A DNA stretch of 32,000 bases from Candidatus Fimenecus sp. (lineage in GTDB: Bacteria > Bacillota > Clostridia > Oscillospirales > Acutalibacteraceae): the NCBI GenBank assembly GCA_045531435.1, contig JAZSDZ010000050.1, positions 2,807 through 34,806 of the forward strand. Reading direction: 5' to 3'. Both the position numbers and the translations under genes were made by a program. The notes beneath the pieces were generated by a model. That model saw only the letters and a program-made list of their open reading frames with translations, made no database searches and was not told where the DNA came from. Below, in pieces: positions 29,288-32,000 of this stretch. Numbering within the stretch: position 1 is the first letter of the stretch; each line of letters begins with the position of its first letter.

Positions 29288-29710
29288 ATGGCAAAATCAA
29301 GAACACCTGTTAAATTCGACCATGCGAACAATAAAATAATTCTTTACAAATGGTTTGAGGAAAAAGCACGATACCCTAAGAATGATGAATATACAATGCT
29401 TGCTAATTTTATAAAAAGTTTTCCAAATTATACTATAACTGTTCGTGATGATATAAAAACAAACAGTAAACAGGAACACTACAAAGGGTTAAAATACGAT
29501 TATATGGAAAAGTATATAAGAAGGTTTGAACCTGAAGAAACAAGAGAAGAAGTTCTCAAAGAACTTGAGGATAGAAAATTCATAAGTCAGTGTCATTCAA
29601 AGGGGCATCGTTATCCCACAATAAAGAAATGGTTTTTAGAAAAATATCCTGAGGTAACAACAAATGGTATGCCAATTATTACTGATACACCACTCGAAAA
29701 AGTTGCATAA
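29288..29710 (+). CDS. Hypothetical protein, paralog B of a tandem pair
   Basis: 140 aa. GGAAGG SD lies upstream. Shows clear block similarity to paralog A. No family is confidently recognised. Confidence 0.7.
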   Translation: MAKSRTPVKFDHANNKIILYKWFEEKARYPKNDEYTMLANFIKSFPNYTITVRDDIKTNSKQEHYKGLKYDYMEKYIRRFEPEETREEVLKELEDRKFISQCHSKGHRYPTIKKWFLEKYPEVTTNGMPIITDTPLEKVA

Positions 29711-29745
29711 AAGGAAGAATAAATAATGAAACTTAATAGGACAAA

Positions 29746-29785
29746 AACACCACTGAATTTTAAAGAGTTCAGTGGTGTTTTTGTT
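29746..29785 (+). terminator. Rho-independent terminator after the paralog pair
   Basis: 12-bp stem AACACCACTGAA/TTCAGTGGTGTT is followed by TTTTGTTT. Confidence 0.75.
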
Positions 29786-29803
29786 TGCGTTCGACCGTCC
29801 TTT

Positions 29804-29833
29804 TTGGACTTTATTAAAAAAAATTGTTATAAT
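29804..29833 (+). promoter_or_regulatory. Candidate promoter of the TAG-containing gene run
   Basis: TTGGAC (29804-29809) is followed 18 nt later by TATAAT (29828-29833), with an upstream TG (TGTTATAAT, extended -10). Confidence 0.45.
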
Positions 29834-29902
29834 ATATTATAAGGTCGGACAATGTCTGATACTTTATTTACAAGAAATTTTATATATTAAAGGAGTGGAA
29901 AA

Positions 29903-30088
29903 ATGTATAGTAAAAAAACTAAAAAAATTGATGTTCGCCTAACTGCAAAAGAGAAAGAGGAAATCCAATAGTAGGCAAAAAAGTATCACATGAACACAAG
30001 TCAATACATTAGGTTTATATGTGAAATGTGGAGGATTTGCGAAAATGAGCATAATCAATCAAGCACCAATATTAAAGTCGAAGGGTGA
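29903..30088 (+). CDS. Ribbon-helix-helix (MobC/CopG-like) protein, interrupted by tandem in-frame TAG TAG at 29969-29974
   Basis: AGGAG-n7-ATG start. Translation is MYSKKTKKIDVRLTAKEKEEIQ**AKKYHMNTSQYIRFI..., and the pattern K.I.VRLT..EKEEI...A......S.YIR spans the two TAGs in frame. TGA stop. It is a 22-aa stub under the standard code. Confidence 0.5.
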
Positions 30089-30596
30089 AAAAAACAGAGA
30101 TAAAAAATGGGGTATGGCAATAAGAACACATGAACTTGAAACAATACTTTTTAATGGTCTGACAGGAAAACAAGGTGCATAGTTAAAACTGATGTTATTT
30201 TTGACAGGAAATGCAGACAACGGAAGTTTTGCAATCGCAGAGGCAACAGTTATGAGCCGTTGTGGAATGTCAGAAACAACATACAAGAGTGCAAGAAAAT
30301 CATTGGTTGAAAAAGGATGGATAATCCATAAACCAAGTGTAAACGGTCAACAGGGTGAAATCATTGTGGATTATGATACAATTTATAAAAGTGCAGAGAG
30401 GGATATTGATATTACCCCTTCCCCTGACATTGAAAATACCCCTTCAAATTCTGATTGTTCCTCGGCAGGGGTTATTGAATATACACATAATAATAAAGTT
30501 GAAAAAACAAATAATAATATTATAAAATCAAATATTATAAACAAACCAAAAGTAAATGATGAGTTCAGTGATGAGAAAGGAAACTTCATATTTTAA
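30045..30596 (+). CDS. Winged-HTH replication/regulator-like protein, interrupted by in-frame TAG at 30180-30182
   Basis: GGAGGA-n9-ATG at 30045. Translation is ...ELETILFNGLTGKQGA*LKLMLFLTGNADNGSFAIAEATVMSRCGMSETTYKSARKSLVEKGWII. The frame is continuous with track ORF 30192-30596, whose own ATG lacks a well-spaced SD. Confidence 0.55.
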
Positions 30597-30613
30597 GAAA
30601 AAGGAGAATTCAA

Positions 30614-31024
30614 ATGAGTAAATATACAGACTATATTTACAACAAATATTTAGAATAGGAATGGTCAAAAGAATTTGACTGTGCAGGGGTCTATTCAATA
30701 ACCGTCAACAATAAAATTGTATATGTTGGTAAAAGTAAAAATATACTCTACAGAATGGCAGAACATTGGATTTCAATGGCAAATCCAAAAGAAAACAAAT
30801 ACAAAGTATTATCAGAGGCAAGAAGTAGAAAATATAAAATTCGATTTAATATTTTACATACTGCATCAAGTCGCACAATGGATGAAATTGACGAGGAAAT
30901 AGGAGAAAGAGAGGGTTATTTTATTCGTCTCTATACTCCCCCTCTTAATTATCAAATTCCAAAAGAGGAAAATTGGAGAAAATTTAAAATTAACAGGGGT
31001 GCATTGAATATATCCCTTGATTAG
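30614..31024 (+). CDS. GIY-YIG nuclease family protein, interrupted by in-frame TAG at 30656-30658; ends at TAG 31022 or TGA 31046 if TAG is read through
   Basis: AAGGAGA-n6-ATG start. Translation is MSKYTDYIYNKYLE*EWSKEFDCAGVYSITVNNKIVYVGKSKNILYRMAEH...GEREGYFIRLYTPPLN, giving the GVY-x9-YVG, R, E and N motifs. There is no in-frame start between the TAG and the GIY motif. Confidence 0.6.
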
Positions 31025-31044
31025 ATTTTGGAAGGAGAAATTAT

Positions 31045-31233
31045 ATGAATAATGAAATGTTAGAAACATTACGAGACTTAGGAAAAGTCCCTGACTTATT
31101 CTATTATCAACTCAATGGAAAGTCGGCAAATGAAAATTTTAGAGAATAGAGAAATAATTTTCTTGAATTATTAGAAAATTTTGATGAACCTGAAACCATA
31201 AAAATCATCACGGAAAGTAAGGTGAAAGAATAA
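31045..31233 (+). CDS. Small hypothetical protein, interrupted by in-frame TAG at 31147-31149
   Basis: GGAGA-n6-ATG start. Translation is MNNEMLETLRDLGKVPDLFYYQLNGKSANENFRE*RNNFLELLENFDEPETIKIITESKVKE. Has a TAATG overlap with the next ORF. Confidence 0.4.
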
Positions 31234-31376
31234 TGGCAAACATAAAAGAAAGAAACAAGAAAAAACAAAAAAAGAAGAAAAACATACTCGAGTCAGAAAT
31301 TCTTGCAATTATGCAAAAAAGTTTAAAAACTGCACTCGATATGGCACTTGATGAATTATTAAAAGACTTCAAGTAA
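31233..31376 (+). CDS. Small Lys-rich hypothetical protein (47 aa)
   Basis: Start overlaps the previous stop (TAATG). Translation is MANIKERNKKKQKKKKNILESEILAIMQKSLKTALDMALDELLKDFK. A terminator follows. Confidence 0.4.
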   Translation: MANIKERNKKKQKKKKNILESEILAIMQKSLKTALDMALDELLKDFK

Positions 31377-31381
31377 TACAA

Positions 31382-31424
31382 ACGGCAAACCAAGAGAAAC
31401 ATTCTCAAGGTTTGCCGTATTTTG
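31382..31424 (+). terminator. Rho-independent terminator ending the plus-strand element operon
   Basis: Stem ACGGCAAACC/GGTTTGCCGT with a 17-nt loop, followed by ATTTTG. Confidence 0.6.
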
Positions 31425-31593
31425 CGTTTATACCCCTTTTGGCTCGTTTGACGAGTAAAACATCATTCTATCCTTTACAGTCATAAAAACCGTAATTCAT
31501 AATGAAATACACACTTAGACGGAGAATGAGCCACGCACAATTACAAATTGAGTGGCACATAATTTTTATCCTGAAATATACCCCCTACTTACC

Positions 31594-31708
31594 TGTTCAT
31601 AAAAACAAATGATTTCATGAACACTTTTAGGTCACGAATAATATAGTGTATTTGACCGTCAAAACACAGGATTTTGTTCACGAAACAAGTTACCCCTTTT
31701 CATGAACA
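31594..31708. promoter_or_regulatory. Two inverted-repeat pairs TGTTCAY...ATGAACA (possible protein-binding sites)
   Basis: Pair 1 is TGTTCAT 31594-31600 with ATGAACA 31617-31623. Pair 2 is TGTTCAC 31675-31681 with ATGAACA 31702-31708, reaching into the 3' end of the XRE gene. Function unknown. Confidence 0.3.
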
Positions 31709-31917
31709 TCAGAGTCTTTTACATACTCCATAAGGTCGGCAGGTTGACAATCAAACTTTTCACAAAGTCGAGAAAGGGTTTTGTGGTCTAATCCACCTGT
31801 TCCGTTCTTTAATGCAGTCAATGTTCCCTGCCCTATCAATTTGTCTTGACGGATTTTGTATGTTGTATAACCATTATCCTTCAAAAGTTTAAATAGTTTA
31901 TCATATATTATTGGCAT
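31690..31917 (-). CDS. XRE/Cro-CI family helix-turn-helix transcriptional regulator
   Basis: The start is moved to ATG 31917 (MPIIYDKLFKLLKDNGYTTYKIRQ...), which follows an AAGGAGG SD. The C-terminal pattern LSRLCEKFDCQPADLMEYV is typical of short XRE regulators on mobile elements. Confidence 0.8.
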   Translation of the reverse strand: MPIIYDKLFKLLKDNGYTTYKIRQDKLIGQGTLTALKNGTGGLDHKTLSRLCEKFDCQPADLMEYVKDSDVHEKG

Positions 31918-32000
31918 ATAAAAAGCCTCCTTTTCCATTGTCCATATTATATCAAAGAATATGCACAAAGTCAAGTGTATAAAATAAACAAATATATACA

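Larger units (their letters stand above)
28480..32000. mobile_element. Edge of a putative integrated mobile element (prophage, ICE/IME or plasmid-like); continues beyond the window
   Basis: The content changes abruptly after the host terminator. It includes direct-repeat arrays, unknown tandem paralogs, an RHH/MobC-like gene, a wHTH replication-like gene, a GIY-YIG nuclease and an XRE regulator. No integrase or second boundary is visible, so the extent and element type are unknown. Confidence 0.5.

Noticed and set aside
29726-29842. 38-codon ORF (MKLNRTKTPLNFKEF...) after paralog B, with an upstream AAGGAAG
   Set aside because: It runs straight through the strong terminator hairpin and the next promoter. 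It is most likely non-coding.
29787-29860. Possible suppressor tRNA near GCGTTCGACCGTCC, and in the 31425-31690 gap
   Set aside because: I looked for a T-loop (GGTTCGAAT-like) with a flanking acceptor or T-stem and a CTA anticodon loop. No cloverleaf could be assembled by eye. A tRNA scan of the full element is still needed.
29903-31233. Pyrrolysine as the explanation for the in-frame TAG codons
   Set aside because: Pyl decoding is tied to methylamine methyltransferase genes and a pylTSBCD cluster. Neither the gene types here (RHH, wHTH, GIY-YIG) nor anything in the window points to that system. It cannot be formally excluded without the whole genome.
29903-31233. Simple pseudogenisation of a decaying element as the explanation for the interrupted ORFs
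   Set aside because: This is not favoured. All five interruptions are the same stop codon, and there are no frameshifts, TAA or TGA. Strong SDs, coupling junctions and motifs are preserved. In an AT-rich genome where Gln is mostly CAA, random decay should give TAA at least as often as TAG. It is kept as the null hypothesis in the finding.
29021-31408. Minus-strand or internal track ORFs within the element: 29021-29245, 29297-29479, 30059-30286, 30383-30589, 30717-30902, 30866-31069, 31208-31408
   Set aside because: They overlap the better-supported plus-strand genes, and they have no SD and no recognisable motifs.
31431-31700. The 10-bp direct repeat TACCCCTTTT as a target-site duplication of a small inserted element (MITE-like)
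   Set aside because: There are no terminal inverted repeats inside the repeats, and the second copy is part of the XRE stop region. It may be chance. It is only noted under the gap finding.
1-32000. CRISPR arrays, rRNA/tRNA genes, transposase or integrase genes
   Set aside because: No regularly spaced repeat-spacer structure was seen. No rRNA- or tRNA-like sequence was seen. No ORF had recombinase or transposase motifs anywhere in the window.

Overview
This is an AT-rich chromosomal segment from a Firmicutes/Clostridia-type organism. A dockerin-bearing secreted protein suggests a Ruminococcus-like, cellulosome- or amylosome-type host; that is inference only.

Positions 1-28480 are mostly ordinary core genes:
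- purE behind a clear ZTP (pfl-motif) riboswitch.
- A seven-gene, tightly coupled pyrimidine operon on the minus strand: pyrC-pyrK-pyrD-pyrF-pyrE-pyrB-pyrI.
- A rubrerythrin gene.
- An intracellular operon of a GH28-like protein, a Maa acetyltransferase and a cupin.
- asnB and ldh.
- A typA / MreB-like / secreted ceramidase-like operon.
- A GH123/DUF4091-like gene translationally coupled to a SEDS (RodA/FtsW) gene.
- pcrA, preceded by an orphan Fe-S hydro-lyase beta subunit and a coiled-coil protein.
- An alpha/beta hydrolase.
- A multidomain, dockerin-carrying glucosaminidase-like protein.
- A perR-like regulator with a reverse rubrerythrin.

From about 28480 to the window end, the sequence looks like the edge of an integrated mobile element. 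It contains direct-repeat arrays, two tandem paralogous unknown genes, an RHH/MobC-like gene, a wHTH replication-like gene, a GIY-YIG nuclease, small ORFs and an XRE regulator. No integrase is visible in the window.

The most unusual signal is in four consecutive element genes (29903-31233). Each is interrupted only by in-frame TAG codons: five internal TAGs, including a TAG-TAG pair. There are no TAA or TGA interruptions and no frameshifts. Each gene has a strong Shine-Dalgarno sequence and ATG upstream of its interruption. In contrast, all host genes in the window are intact, and one host gene clearly terminates at TAG. This pattern fits amber recoding or suppressor-dependent expression of the element better than random decay. 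It cannot be proven from this window alone.
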